Source: Malacoraja senta (taxonomy: Eukaryota). From it: a stretch of DNA of 64,000 nt. The notes below the pieces were generated by a model that searched no databases, was not told where the DNA came from, and was given only the letters and a program-made list of their open reading frames with translations. Position 1 is the first letter of the stretch. Each line of letters opens with the position of its first letter. Shown here piece after piece: positions 39,846-52,098 of this stretch. The stretch lies in the NCBI GenBank assembly GCA_038087875.1, contig CM075991.1:10294001-10358000 (forward strand), written 5' to 3'. The translations under genes were made by a program, and so were the position numbers.

Positions 39846-40416
39846 ATCTGAGAGGACAAAAAGAGAATTTAAAGACTCATTTGCCAATGAATGAGTCATA
39901 TCTTATATTTCATTTTCTTTACAACATAGGTGACCTTCTGCCCCCCTTTGCTGGCCAAGAGCAATCCCCATTACCTATAATTCCTGGTGACTTATTCTCT
40001 TCTCCTATCAGTTAATTCAACCCCCAATTCTCTTGCTACCCACCTATGCTACGGCTAATTAAAAGTAGCAAAAAAGCAGCTTGAAACCTTCCAACCAGCA
40101 CATCAGTGGGATGTGGGAAGAAACCGGAGCACCCGGGGAAACCCGCATGGTCACGGGGAAAATAAGACTGGATTCCCCCGGACCAGCGCGGCAGCAGCAC
40201 TGCGGTGTTGCCAAAAATCTACATGAAAGGACAGAGGCCTCAGCTTAGTGCAGAGTTCCAGAAAGGTGGGATGTGACGTTCCCTCCATAATTACATTGCA
40301 ATAAGACATTTTTAAGTTGCACAGCACAGAAATAGGCCCTGCGGCCCGCCTATCCATTCTAACCTTTTTGACCATCTATACTAATGCCACCTGCCTGCAT
40401 TAGGAACATACTCTGC

Positions 40417-40629
40417 TTCAGACAGAAAATGCTGGAGAAACTCAGTGGGTGCAGCAGCATCTATGGAGCGAAGGAAATAGGCAACGTTTCGGGCCGAAAC
40501 CCTTCTTCAGACTGGAGGAAATAGGCAACGTTTCCTATTTCCTTCGTTCCATAGATGCTGCTGCACCCGCTGAGTTTCTCCAGCATTTTTGTCTACCTTC
40601 GATTTTCCAGCATCTGCAGTTCCTTCTTA
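40417..40629. mobile_element. Inverted Penelope pLTR pair
   Basis: 12-bp TSD AACATACTCTGC (40405-40416, 40630-40641); intact hammerhead core on minus at ~40483-40510. Confidence 0.83.
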
Positions 40630-41040
40630 AACATACTCTGCCTTGAGTGGATGTCTTTGATCTCTTTTTATAATTCTTTCCCACCTCCCCCAATTGTTGG
40701 TCTGCACACTAACTGCTATCCTTCCTCACTGAGTCCATCTGTTTCCGAATGCTGTCATTCATCCAAGATGGCCTCTCGTTATCTACCGGCCCATCCAGTT
40801 GCCCACCTGCCAGCTAGCCTTATCGTTCGTGCAATCTGCTTCACTGTCTACCTCATAGCTGTGGGAGCTTTGCTGATGTACACACTGACCCATGCACTAA
40901 AAGGACAGCAGATTTACAGCACAGACATGTAAAGCTGGTCGTGGCAGGAGGGAAATGCACTTAAATCAAAAAGGTTTTAAATCATTATGAAACTGCAAGA
41001 AAAGTGTGCGTACGTGGACACACACACAGACACACACAGA

Positions 41041-42322
41041 TAAAAAATCACATGCGGTTAAAGTGCACATTGTCAGATTTTAATAAAGGCCATTTTTATG
41101 CATTTTGCATCATAGAAATTACAGCTGTGTTTATACATAGTCCCCCCCATTTCAGGGCACCATAATGTTTGGGACACATGGCTTCGCAGGTGCTTGCAAT
41201 TGCTCAGGTGTGTTTAATTGCCTCCTTCATGCAGGTATAAGAGAGCTCTCAGCACCTAGTCTTTCCTCCAGTCTTTCCAGCACCTTTGGAAACATTTATT
41301 GCTGTTTATTAACATGAGGACCAAAGTTGTGTCAATGAAAGTCAAAGAAGCCATAATGAGACTGAGAAACAAGAATAAAACTGTTGGAGACATCAGCCAA
41401 ACCTTAGGCTTACCAAAATCAACTGGTTGGAGCATCATTAAGAAGAAAGAGATCACTGGTGAGCTTACTAATCGCAAAAGGACTGGCAGGCCAAGGAAGA
41501 CCTCCACAGCTGATAACAGAAGCATTCTCTCTATAATAAAGAAAGATCCCCAAACACCTGTCCGACAGATCAGAAACACTCTTCAGGAGTCAGGTGTGGA
41601 TTTTGTCAATGACCACTGTCCGTAGAAGACTTCATGAACAGAAATACAGAGGCTACACTGCAAGATGCAAACCACTGGTTAGCTGCAAAAATAGGTTGGT
41701 CAGGTTAGTTTGCCAAGAAGTACTTAAAAGAGCAACCACAGTTCTGGAAAAAGGTTTTGTGGGCAGATGAGACGAAGATTAACTTATATCAGAGTGATGG
41801 CAAGAACAAAGTATGGAGGAGAGAAGGAACTGCCCAAGATCCAAAGCATACCACTTGGGCATGCATGGCTGCTGAAGGTGCTGGCTCACTTATCTTCATT
41901 GATGATACAACTGCTGATGGTACTACCATAATGAATTCTGAAGTGTATAGACACATCCTATCTGCTCAAGTTCAAACAAATGCATCAAAACTCATTGGCC
42001 GGCGGTTCATTCTACAGCAAGACAATGATCCCAAACATACTGCTAAAGTAACAAAGGAGATTTTCAAAGCTAAAAAGTGGTCAATTCCTGAGTGGCCAAC
42101 TTACCCGATCTGAACCCAATTGAGCATGCCTTTTATATGTTGTAGAGAAAACTGAAGGGGACTATCCCACAAAACAAGCATAAGCTACAGATGGCTACAA
42201 TACATGCCTGGCAGAGCATCACCAGAGAAGACACCCAGCAACTGGTGATGTCCAGGAATCGCAGACTTCAAGCAGTCATTGCATGCAAAGGATATGCAAC
42301 AAAATACTAAACATGACTACTC
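41041..42322 (+). mobile_element. Tc1-family DNA transposon, defective transposase (~41314-42310), cut by the assembly gap
   Basis: MRTKVVSMKVKEAIMRL..GRPRKT (paired-like HTH), WADETKIN, QQDNDPKHT, PDLNPIE, ..GYATKY*; several frameshifts and a stop; partial left long TIR with CATAATGTTTGGGACA. Confidence 0.93.
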
Positions 42323-42522
42323 NNNNNNNNNNNNNNNNNNNNNNNNNNNNNNNNNNNNNNNNNNNNNNNNNNNNNNNNNNNNNNNNNNNNNNNNNNNNNN
42401 NNNNNNNNNNNNNNNNNNNNNNNNNNNNNNNNNNNNNNNNNNNNNNNNNNNNNNNNNNNNNNNNNNNNNNNNNNNNNNNNNNNNNNNNNNNNNNNNNNNN
42501 NNNNNNNNNNNNNNNNNNNNNN
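42323..42522. other. Assembly gap (200 N)
   Basis: Run of N between the Tc1 3' part and the Penelope fragment. Confidence 0.99.
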
Positions 42523-42905
42523 GGTCCGCATTAACCAACCTGATCTCCCGGTGGCTCAGCACTTCAACTCCCCCTCCCATTCCGAATCCGCCCTCTCTGT
42601 CCTGGGCCTCCTCCATTGCCAGAGTGAGCACCACCGGAAATAGGAGGAGCAGCACCTCATATTCCGCTTGGGCAGTCTGCACCCTAGCGGCATAAACATT
42701 GAATTCTCCAATTTCTGGTAGCCCTTGCTGTCTCCTCCCCTTCTCAGCTCTCCCTCAGCCCTCGGGCTCCTCCTCTTCCTTTTTCCTTTCTTCTCCCCAC
42801 TCTCCATCAGTCTGAAGAAGGGTTTCGGCCCGAAACGTTGCCTATTTCCTTCGCTCCATCGATGCTGCTGCACCCGCTGAGTTTCTCCAGCACTTTTGTC
42901 TACCT
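42523..42905 (+). mobile_element. Penelope-like retroelement 3' end: GIY-YIG endonuclease C-terminus plus pLTR with hammerhead core
   Basis: VRINQPDLPVAQHFNSPSHSESALSVLGLLHCQSEHHRK*EEQHLIFRLGSLHPSGINIEFSNF, then a pyrimidine tract and CTGAAGAAGGGTTTCGGCCCGAAACGTT. Confidence 0.88.
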
Positions 42906-42959
42906 CCCTTCCATTGATGTTCCAAGAAGGAACTGCAGAAGCTGGTTTATCCCAAAGAG

Positions 42960-43600
42960 AGGAGAATATTAGGAGGTTTCAATGGAAATGTGACAAGTTG
43001 AATGAATGGATAGAAATGTAGCAGATGGAACATAATACAGGAAAATGTGAGGTCAACTACTGTGATGCATATGACAGAAAAGCTGAGTATTTGTTAGATG
43101 ATGGTAAGAGATTGAGCATATAGGTGGGCTTGTGCAAAGTCACTGAAGGCAACATACAACCGCAGTAAGTGACAGGGAGGCCAATGGTATGTTAGCCTTG
43201 ACTGTGAGAGGATTTGAATACAGGAGAAAAGAAGTCTTGATGCAATTGCACAAGGCCTTGGTGAGACCACACCTTACATTATGTGTAGTTCTGTCCTTCT
43301 TACCTTCGGGAGTACATGACACAACGGAACTGCATTGATGAGTCATTAGATTGGTTCTGGGAATCAAGCAGACCGGAACTGTAATAGAGCTTGGACTTAC
43401 AAAACTAACTCTCACCAAAATTTTACAAAATGTTCAAATGGCTTGACAGGATAGACGCAGAGAAGACGCTTGCCTTGGCTCAGGAGCCAAAGATCAGAGG
43501 GCACAGTTTCACAATCATGAGTAGACTTTTCAAGAGTTGAGATAGGGAGAAATCTCTTTGCGTCTTTTAGAATTTTCAATGTCAAGAGGATTGAGGAAGT
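42960..43600 (+). mobile_element. Old CR1 ORF2 RT/C-terminal fragment
   Basis: EANGMLALTVRGFEYRRKEVLMQLHKALVRPHL..CV motif in degenerate frames. Confidence 0.7.
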
Positions 43601-43790
43601 TCAGTCAATATGTGGACAGTGTTGGAAGCTGACACAGAGATAGATCAGCCATTATCTTGATGTACGAACTACTCTTGCTCCTACTTTGAATGATGGAATC
43701 TTTTATTTGCATTTGCAAAAGTCAAAGCGTGGTGCAGAATGGAGCTGCAAAATCACCCTTTATCTGATGGTTCCAACACAAGAAGACAGG

Positions 43791-44038
43791 TAGACAAGAG
43801 TGCTGGAGAAACTCAGCGGGTGCAGCAGCATCTATGGAGCGAAGGAAATAGGCAACGTTTCGGGCCGAAACCCTTCTGGGTTTCGGCCCGAAACGTTGCC
43901 TATTTCCTTCAGTCTGAAGAAGGGTTTCGGCCCGAAACGTTGCCTATTTCCTTCGCTCCATAGATGCTGCTGCACCCGCTGAGTTTCTCCAGCACTTTTG
44001 TCTACCTTCGATTTTCCAGCATCTGCAGTTCCTCCTCA
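43791..44038. mobile_element. Inverted plus partial tandem Penelope pLTRs
   Basis: 16-bp TSD AACACAAGAAGACAGG (43775-43790, 44039-44054); three GGGTTTCGGCCCGAAACGTTG units. Confidence 0.85.
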
Positions 44039-46504
44039 AACACAAGAAGACAGGGACTTCAGCAGGTGCGTGGATGAAAGCTATCAACCAATTTATTCTG
44101 TTATATATGGCACACCCAAACTGTATATTCCTCCACATCAGACAAGTGTCGCTGCAGGTTTATTAAAAACGGCACAAGTTGTCTATGAAATTGCTTTCTT
44201 TATTGCAGAAAATAAAGACCAATCTTCTCTGCAGAAGCTGCATTTATGACAGTGCATTATGCAATTACCATGTGTAGTAGGCATTGTCATCTTCACCAGC
44301 AACAGGGCTCCCTCCAGCCTAGCTACAGGGCATATTACTAAAGCAGGCTGCAGTCAGATTACACTCTGTACTGAAGGCAGGGGCAGGATGGATCCACAGG
44401 AAGCTGACATCCTGACCTCTCTGGCTTAGGGATCAGAGCACTCTAACCCGTGGCAATAACAATCTACTTAAACTGTATGGTCTCGGAATCAGTAATCCCT
44501 GGATACATGGACTAGTTCTAGCGCTCAGAAAGAATCATCTCTCCAGGCCTTTTACCCAGTGGTGCGACTTGCGTTTGAAATCCAAATCAAATCAAGCGTT
44601 GACTGCTGACTGATGTCACTGAGAACCACTTCATGGAGCAAGTGCAGACCGTTAACAAATAGACCCGATTTCATAAGTTCATAAGTCACAGGAGCAGAAT
44701 TAGGCCATGCGGCCCTTCGAGATTTCAAAAATCAGAGTGGATTACTTCAGTGAATCATGGCAATGTGTGAGGCAGCAGATTTAGTGCAAAGTACAAAACA
44801 AACCAACAACATTCCTCCCTTAAAGGCACTCGCTCCCATTGCTCTTGCTTCTCTGCAGCTGTGTTGAAACACCTCACCGATTAGGCCTGATCTTGAATGG
44901 TGGACAGCAACATTGTGAAGCTCTTTTGAAGTGGAACATCGAAAGGTGCGAATAAAGTTCGCAAAGAAGCTTAGTTATTTGACATTCTTTTATAGACAAT
45001 AGACAATTGGTGCAGGAGTAGGCCATTCGGCCCTTCGAGCCAGCACAGCAATCAAAGTATGTCTTTTCAATCAAAGTATGTCCTAAAATGCTTTAAAAAG
45101 AGGCCTTCATTGAATGGAAGGTGCAGGCACTGTTGTAATGGAGGAAACAGCAGCTAACTTGCATACAGCAACCTCCCACACACAACACCGCGCTAATAAT
45201 CAGAAAATCTGAAATGAAAGGGGAATCATTTTTGATTATGACTCTTTGTGTTGTTATTTTAAATAGTTGCATGGGGATTTTCATGATAGGACTATCAGAG
45301 CCTGTACTTAACATACCATCCAAAAGACTCCACTTTTGGCACCTTCCTCACCGACAAATTAAAATGAAAACTTCAAACGCTGCAAATCTGAAATAAAGTT
45401 AGAGAATGTTGAAAATAGCATGTCAGATAGCATCTGGGTGTGGAATGAAACAAGAGTTAATGTCTCAGGGTTTCAGGTCAAAGACAAAGGGTTTTGACCT
45501 GCTGTGTGCTTCCAATATTTTCTGTTTTCACTACTGTACTGAAATACAAGTTCATAAGTCATACGAGCAGAATCAGGCCATTTGGCCCATCGAGTCTGCT
45601 CCATCATTCAATCGTGGCTGATCTATCTTTCCTTCTCAACACCAGTCTACTGCCTATTCCCTATAACCCTTGACACCCTTACTGATCAAGAATCTGTCAA
45701 TCTCCACCTTAAAAGTACCCAAAGACTTGGCCTCCACAGCCATCTGTGTCAATGAATCCCACAGATTCACCATTCTCTGGCTAAAGGAATTCCGCAACTC
45801 GTTTCTGAAGGCTTGTCCTTTATGGCCTAGAGGAGAAAATGCTATCCACTATGCCTCAGCTAATACTAAGAATTACACTGCTATAAGTAATAAATACAAA
45901 TCCAAAAATGGGGAATTAGACAGATCTCTGGGTTCCAACAGGTGACCAAAAAATAGATCGAAGGTGCAAATTGAGGAAGATCTAAAAAAAAAGGCACTTC
46001 AATCAGGTCTCTGTGAAAGAGAAACTAAGGAGAAAAGTGATTTTCCAAGGGAACACCAGAGGAAGGAACATACTCTCTCCAAAGATGCTGATACCAGTGT
46101 TGAAGTAAAGAGAGGTGAGCTACGAAAACCGTCAAACGCAGGCTAACAGAGAGAGGACCAAAGGGTTGACAGCTATAAAATCCAAATTGAATAAAAGAAT
46201 GAAATGGCATGGAAAGATAACTGATTTGTTTGATTGTTAACACCAGGATGGGAATGGGAGTAGATTGGACAGCAGGAAATAACTTTGATTAGCAAGGAAA
46301 GAGACAAACTTTAGACTGGACTTACTGCAAGGCTGGTTAATGGGAGACAGTACCAAATAGAAGTTTATGGAAGATTAAAACACAGAGAAGTGGTTGTACA
46401 ATTCACTTTTCAAATGGGACAAGGAGGTCATGGGGCACTATTGTAAACCAGTTATCTTTGAATTGGCGAGACATAGAATTGGAAGTTTGCGTCCGAAGCA
46501 CAGT

Positions 46505-46874
46505 GTGAAAGATACATCTTCTAGATGCGCTGGGACGCATCCTCAGTGATGTGACCTGGGATCATCAGGTGTTTCGGGTCTCACAACATCAGGCAACCTC
46601 ATCCAGGTGACCCAGCCGGGATTGATCAGGCCCCTACTTGCGTCCCAGCAGCAACCGCCCACGGATCAGCCCTCTTAATCCAAAGCCACCTAGTGGCTTT
46701 CTCTGTGGCTTCGCTTGCGGATTGAATGGCCCTCTTTTTTGCCAGCCCCGTAATGCCCAACTGGTTGAGGACTTTGCAGAGTGAGCGTCCTGCAAAGCCT
46801 CTACAGCCCACCTCTACGGGCTCATAGTATGTCTTCCAGCCGCTGTCCTGGCACATCTCCACCAGTTCCTGGTA
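46505..46874 (-). mobile_element. Hero-clade (R2 group, RLE endonuclease) non-LTR retrotransposon 3' fragment
   Basis: YQELVEMCQDSGWKTYYEPVEVGCRGFAGRSLCKVLNQLGITGLAKKRAIQSASEATEKATRWLWIKRADPW then a 3' UTR; PVEVGCRGF and RWLW recalled as Hero C-terminal motifs. Confidence 0.82.
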
Positions 46875-47230
46875 GAATGCAATTGAACAAGTTGCTGCAC
46901 TTCCCACAGATAGTGAACAGAGTGTGAATGGACCTGGTGATCAAGATACAAGAATGGTGATAACGGGTTAAAGGTTACATATTTAGTCTTCCCAGTATTA
47001 GTTTGAGGAGATAAGAACATTTTGAAAATAATTTTGAGTCCCTGCATGAAATTGTATAATCTGGTAGAATTCTCCCAACTAAAAAAAATGTTTTCAACCA
47101 TGAAAACGTTTTTTCTCTTGTTCAGAATCCTGTTACCAAGAATTTAAAGATGGCATAGAATAACTGACGGACCATGTCTGAGGATTCACAAATTTGAAAA
47201 AAACTGTTGGAAATGAAGCACGTTTAAGCT

Positions 47231-47410
47231 AGCGCCTGCATCTCCTGCGGTTGCAGGGGAAAGTACCTGGGGAGGGAGAAGTTTGGGTGGGAAGGGATGA
47301 GTTAACCAAGAAGTTGCGGAGGGAACAGAGGGTCTGAAGAAGGGTCTCGACCCGAAACGTCACCCATTCCTTCTCTCCAATTGAGTTACTCCAGCATTTT
47401 GCGTCACCAT
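47231..47410. mobile_element. Penelope-like insertion: inverted ORF fragment plus pLTR
   Basis: Minus-strand SLRNFLVNSSLPTQTSPSPGTFPCNRRRC (PLE RT-EN linker) joined to a plus-strand pLTR; 9-bp TSD GTTTAAGCT (47222-47230, 47411-47419). Confidence 0.82.
47330..47365 (+). ncRNA. Minimal type I hammerhead ribozyme motif (PLE-associated)
   Basis: GGGT-CTGAAGA-A-GGGT[CTCG]ACCC-GAAACGTC-ACCC: CUGANGA and GAAA cores, stem II, palindromic ACGU stem III, GUC site, 4-bp stem I. Confidence 0.7.
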
Positions 47411-47779
47411 GTTTAAGCTTCACTGAGCAGCAACAGTGCCAAAACAATGGAAAATTGCATGGCTGGTCACAACTAGATTCAACAACAAAAAATGAACGCA
47501 TTTCCGGATTATTTTGTTATCTTAAAGTATTTGTCAACTTAAAATTTTCATGCAACAGAATTCACCTTTGCCCCCCGAGGTGTGGTTGGAAATGCCGGCA
47601 CAAGAGACTGCAGATGCCGGAATCTGTAGCAAAAAAATAGGGAGAGCAGCTGGAGAGACTCAGCAGGTCAGGTCAGGAAATGGACAGTCAACGTTTCGGG
47701 TTGAGAGCCTTCCTCTTAACACCATCCAGATGAAAGGTCCTGAACAAAATCATCGACGATCCATTTCTTTCCATAGATA

Positions 47780-48066
47780 GTGGGTGGTGCAGTGGTAGCG
47801 TTGCTGTCACTCAGCACCAGAGACCCGAGTTCGATCCTGACCACGGCTGCTGCCTGTACCGAGTTTGTGCGTTCTCCCTGCGACCTCGTGGGTTTTCTCT
47901 GGGTGCTCCGGTTTCCTTCCACATCCCAAAGACATACAGGTTTGTAGGCTAATGGCCTTCTGTGAATTGTCCCTTGTGTGTAGAATAGTGCGGGTGTACG
48001 GGGATGGCAGGTCGACGCGGACTCGGTGGGCCGAAGTGTCAGTTTCCACGCTCTATCTCTAAACTA
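47780..48066 (+). mobile_element. HE1-like V-SINE
   Basis: Same architecture; inserted within an older pLTR remnant. Confidence 0.83.
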
Positions 48067-48239
48067 AAAAAAAACTCTGATCCTGACCCATTGAGTTCCT
48101 CCAGCTGCTCTTTTTTCCCTCTTGTGAAATGCCTCTGGGCATTATATTCTTCTGAAATCACAACAAGCTGTTATTGTTGTTGAATTCTCACTTTATATTG
48201 TCCCAAAGGGGAAGAAAATTACTATTTTTGAAGATATGT

Positions 48240-48670
48240 TTCCACTTTGGTTCTGTGGATTGGATTCTAAGGCAGGCTAAGAAACCTTTGTAGGATGCTT
48301 GGTCGCTGCCACTGGTGGTGGTGGCGCTTGATGGGGCCGGTAGGGTTGTCTGAGGTATTCGGCATTCCGTGCTCTGATTACGCTTGGTCTGCAAGTATTT
48401 CCACTGTTTAGACTCGAGGTGCTCAGTGGCTTTCTGGATGGCCTTTCTCAACAGACCACGGATTCCCACAGATCGTTAAAGATGTTGTATTTTCTCAAGG
48501 AGGATCCGAGAACAACCTTGAACGTTTTCTCTGACCTGGAAATTTCCTGCTGCAATCGAGCACGGAGAAAAAATATCTATTTTGCAAGTTCTGCATCAGA
48601 CATATGGGACAATAGGAGCTGGATGAATGAGATCAAAGCTTCGATGGTGGGGACATTGGCCTGGGAGGAA
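48240..48670 (-). mobile_element. Degenerate RTE-clade LINE 3' ORF fragment
   Basis: Frame-broken SQANVPTIEALI..QL, PGQRKR, RKAIQKATEHLES..QTTLPAPSSATT resembling the RTE C-terminus. Confidence 0.65.
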
Positions 48671-49929
48671 CAGGTTCACCTTTCCCGCCCCCTAACTTTA
48701 CTCTAGCAGGGAGTTTGTTGGAGATGATGTGTAGCAATAGACACTAGACAATAGGTGCAGGAGTAGACCATTCGGCCCTTCGATGTGATCATGGCTGATC
48801 ATCCCCAATCAGTACCCCGTTCCTGCCTTCTCCCCTGGCAGCTTGAGATTTGGTGCAACAACACCGACCCTTGGCTGCATTGGAATTCTGTCCATAGTGG
48901 ACCTGTTGATTGGGATAATGGCTTGATCGTTATCATGTATCCCGGCGGGGAACAGTATCAAATTCTTGAGGACAGCCAAGCTGAGTAGTTGTCTTCATGA
49001 TGCCTCTTGGTTGACGGTCAAAGCCTTCTATGAGGTTGAAAAGTACCGAGCGCAATAGTTGGTGTTGCCTCTTACTTTATTATTGGAATTGTGACATAGT
49101 GAGGATCGTGGTGCCCATGATTCTAAAGAATAGCGCCTGCCTTGCAACTTAGAGAGAGCCATACAGCATGGAAACAGGCCCAGTTTGAACATGCCAACCA
49201 AGATGCCCAATCAACACTAGTCCCACCTGCCTGCGTTTGGCCCATATCGCTCTAAACCTTTCCTATCCATGTACTTGTCCAAATGTCTTTAATGTTGATC
49301 TAATACCATCTCCGTCTCGCCTTCCCCACCATTTCATCCCTCTGTAGTTAAGTTGCAAGGCTAAGATCCAAAGGTCTCAAAGCTGAGTCACACCACCACA
49401 GTTGGAAATTTCAATGATTTGCATGTCAAGAAGAACAAAAAGGTGGGGAAAAAAACACACAAAGAGGGCGAAGACCAGTTAGAGTCATACAGCGCGGAAA
49501 CAGGCCCTTCAGCCCAACTTGTCTATGCCAACCAACATGCCCCATATTCACTCGTGCCACCTGCCTGCTATTGGCCCATATCCCTCTAAACTCACCCTTT
49601 CCGCGTACCTGTCCAAACATTGCAATAGTAGCTGCCTCAACAACCTCGCCAGCAGCTCGTTCTATATAGTTATCCTTCAGGTTCAATTAAATCTTTCCAC
49701 CCATCACCTTAAACCTATGACCTCTGGTTCTTGATTCCCCTACTCTGAGGCAAAAGACTGCGCATTTATCCAATCTATTCCTCTCATGATTTGTACACCT
49801 CTATAACATCACCCCTCATTCCTTCTTCGCTCCAAAGAATAAAGCCCTCATCTGCTCAAACTCTCCCAATAGCTCAGTCCCTCGAGACCTGGCAACATCC
49901 AGTTCTTTGAATAACGTTACAGCAAAAAA

Positions 49930-50067
49930 CGTATAAAAATTGCCTTTATTAAAATCTGACAATGTGCACTTTAACCACATGTGATTTTTTTTTTTCTATT
50001 ACAAATCTCAAATTGTGGAGTACAGAGGCAAATAATAAATGATGGGTCTTTGTTATGGAGGGTACTG
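49930..50067 (-). mobile_element. Terminal inverted repeat fragment of the same Tc1 family
   Basis: Contains the reverse complement of 41042-41099 and ends GGAGGGTACTG|TA. Confidence 0.8.
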
Positions 50068-51274
50068 TATAAGAAACACTGAAGGGTTCCAATCCGAAAC
50101 GTCACCCATCCTTTTTCTCCGGAGATGCAGCCTGACCCGCTGAGTTACTCCAGCACTTTGTGTCTATCTGCAAGAAACGTTACTTCATTCTAAACCACAT
50201 GAATTAGAAGCCGCCTGCGATTCTGTGCCTTTGATTTGGCGCTGGGGGCTGCATTGGGTAGCACCATCCATGCCAAATGTCCCAACAGTACAGGGAGCTC
50301 TCCCATACTGACAACACTAATCTGGTATCCTTTGCCTTCTCCCAACAGTAACGCAGCATATGAACATGTCCAGATGGCAGATGAGGCCAATGAGGTGGAG
50401 TGTGCGCAAAAGCAGCCTGAAGAATTGTTCCACCTCACAGCTGTCTGCACTTTAAAAAAGACAATCCATTTTAAAAATATAAGAAATAGGATTAGGAGTA
50501 GACAGTCAGCCCCTCGAGTAAATCAGTAATTTTATAACTGATCTAATCATAGCTTTGTAATAAAAATGAACTGCAGATACTGGTTTACACCAAAGATAGA
50601 CACAAAATGCTGGAGAAACTCAGGCAGCATCTCTGGAGAAAATGGATAGGTGATGTTTTTGGTCTGATGTTTCGGGTCGGGACCTTTCTTCACCCTCATT
50701 GTAGTGGGGAAGAAAGAGGAACTGGAAGCAAGAAAAGACCAGATCCCTCTCTACAATCAGTCTGAAGTAGGTTCCAGCCCATTTTCTCCAGAGCTGCTGC
50801 CTGACCTGCTGAGTTACTCCAGCATTTTGTGTCTCTCTCTGATCTTAGCTTTCCTGCTTCTCCCCATAACTTTCAATTCCTATATAGTCCAAAAATCTAT
50901 CTTATCGTAGAACATACTTAACAACTTAGAACACACAACTTTGCTGGGCAGAAAATTCCAAAGATTCACAATGCTCAGAAAAGAAATATGTCAGTCTTAA
51001 ATAAGAATCCTTTCTTCCTGAGACAAGTTCTAGATTCTCCCATGATGGGAAATAACCTTTCAGCATGTGCAGTCTTGCTACCTCAGAATCCTAAATTTTT
51101 CAGTAAGATCACTTTCATTCTTCCAACTTCTCGAGTATCTGCCCAATGTTTTCCTCAATAATGCAAAAATACGATTGAAAGAAGGCACCATGAAACCATC
51201 TCAAGCAATCATTAAAGATCTGCATAGGTGTACCAGTTTATAAAGTTTAGTTTTGGAATACAGCATGGAGTAGA

Positions 51275-51852
51275 GAGGTTCTTCTGCAGTTGTATAGGGC
51301 TCTGGTAAGACCACATCTGGAGTATTGTGTACAGTTTTGGTCTAATTTGAGGAAGGACATCCTTGTGATTGAGGCAGTGCAGCGTAGGTTCACGAGATTG
51401 ATCCCTGGGATGGCGGGACTGTCCAATCTGAGGAAAGATTGAAAAGACTAGGCTTGTATTCACTGGAGTTTAGAAGGATGAGGGGGATCTTAAAGAAACA
51501 TATAAAATTATAAAAGGACTGGACAAGCTAGATGCAGGAAAAATGTCCCCAATGTTGGGCGAGTCCAGAACCAGGGGCCAGTCCTAGAATAAAGGGGAGG
51601 CCATTTAAGACTGAGGTGAAAAAAAAACTTTTTCACCCAGAGTTGTGAATTTATGGAATTCCCTGCCACAGAGGGCAGTGGAGGCCAAATCACTGGATGG
51701 ATTTAAGAGAGAGTTAGATAGAGCTCTAGGGGCTAGTGGAATCAAGGGATATGAGGAGAAGGCAGGCACATGTTATTGATTGGAGACAATCAGCCATGAT
51801 CACAATGAATGGCGGTGCTGGCTCGAAGGGCCGAATGGCCTCCTCCTGCACC
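51275..51852 (+). mobile_element. CR1 LINE 3' fragment
   Basis: [18 protein letters not shown].. with frameshifts and the same 3' UTR. Confidence 0.88.
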
Positions 51853-51859
51853 AATGAAA

Positions 51860-52098
51860 CAAGCCCTTTGGCCCTCCCAGTCAGGGTCGACCAACAATCA
51901 CCCCGTACACTAGTTCAATCCTGCACTCTAAGGACAATTTACAAAAGCCAATTCACTGGCAAACCTGCAGGTCTTTGGAATGTGGGATGAAACCGGACAC
52001 ACAGGGAGAACGTGCAAACTCGGTACAGGAAGCACCTGCAGCCTGGATCGAACCTGGGTCTCTGGTGCTGTAAGGCAACAACTCTACCGCTGCGCCAC
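51860..52098 (-). mobile_element. HE1-like V-SINE
   Basis: Reverse complement of the same family. Confidence 0.78.

Noticed and set aside
42279..42695. ORFs spanning the N run
   Set aside because: Artefacts of translating the gap.
46560..46600. Hammerhead in the Hero 3' UTR (CTGATG..CCCGAAAC)
   Set aside because: Lacks CUGANGA in the right order and has no stem II.
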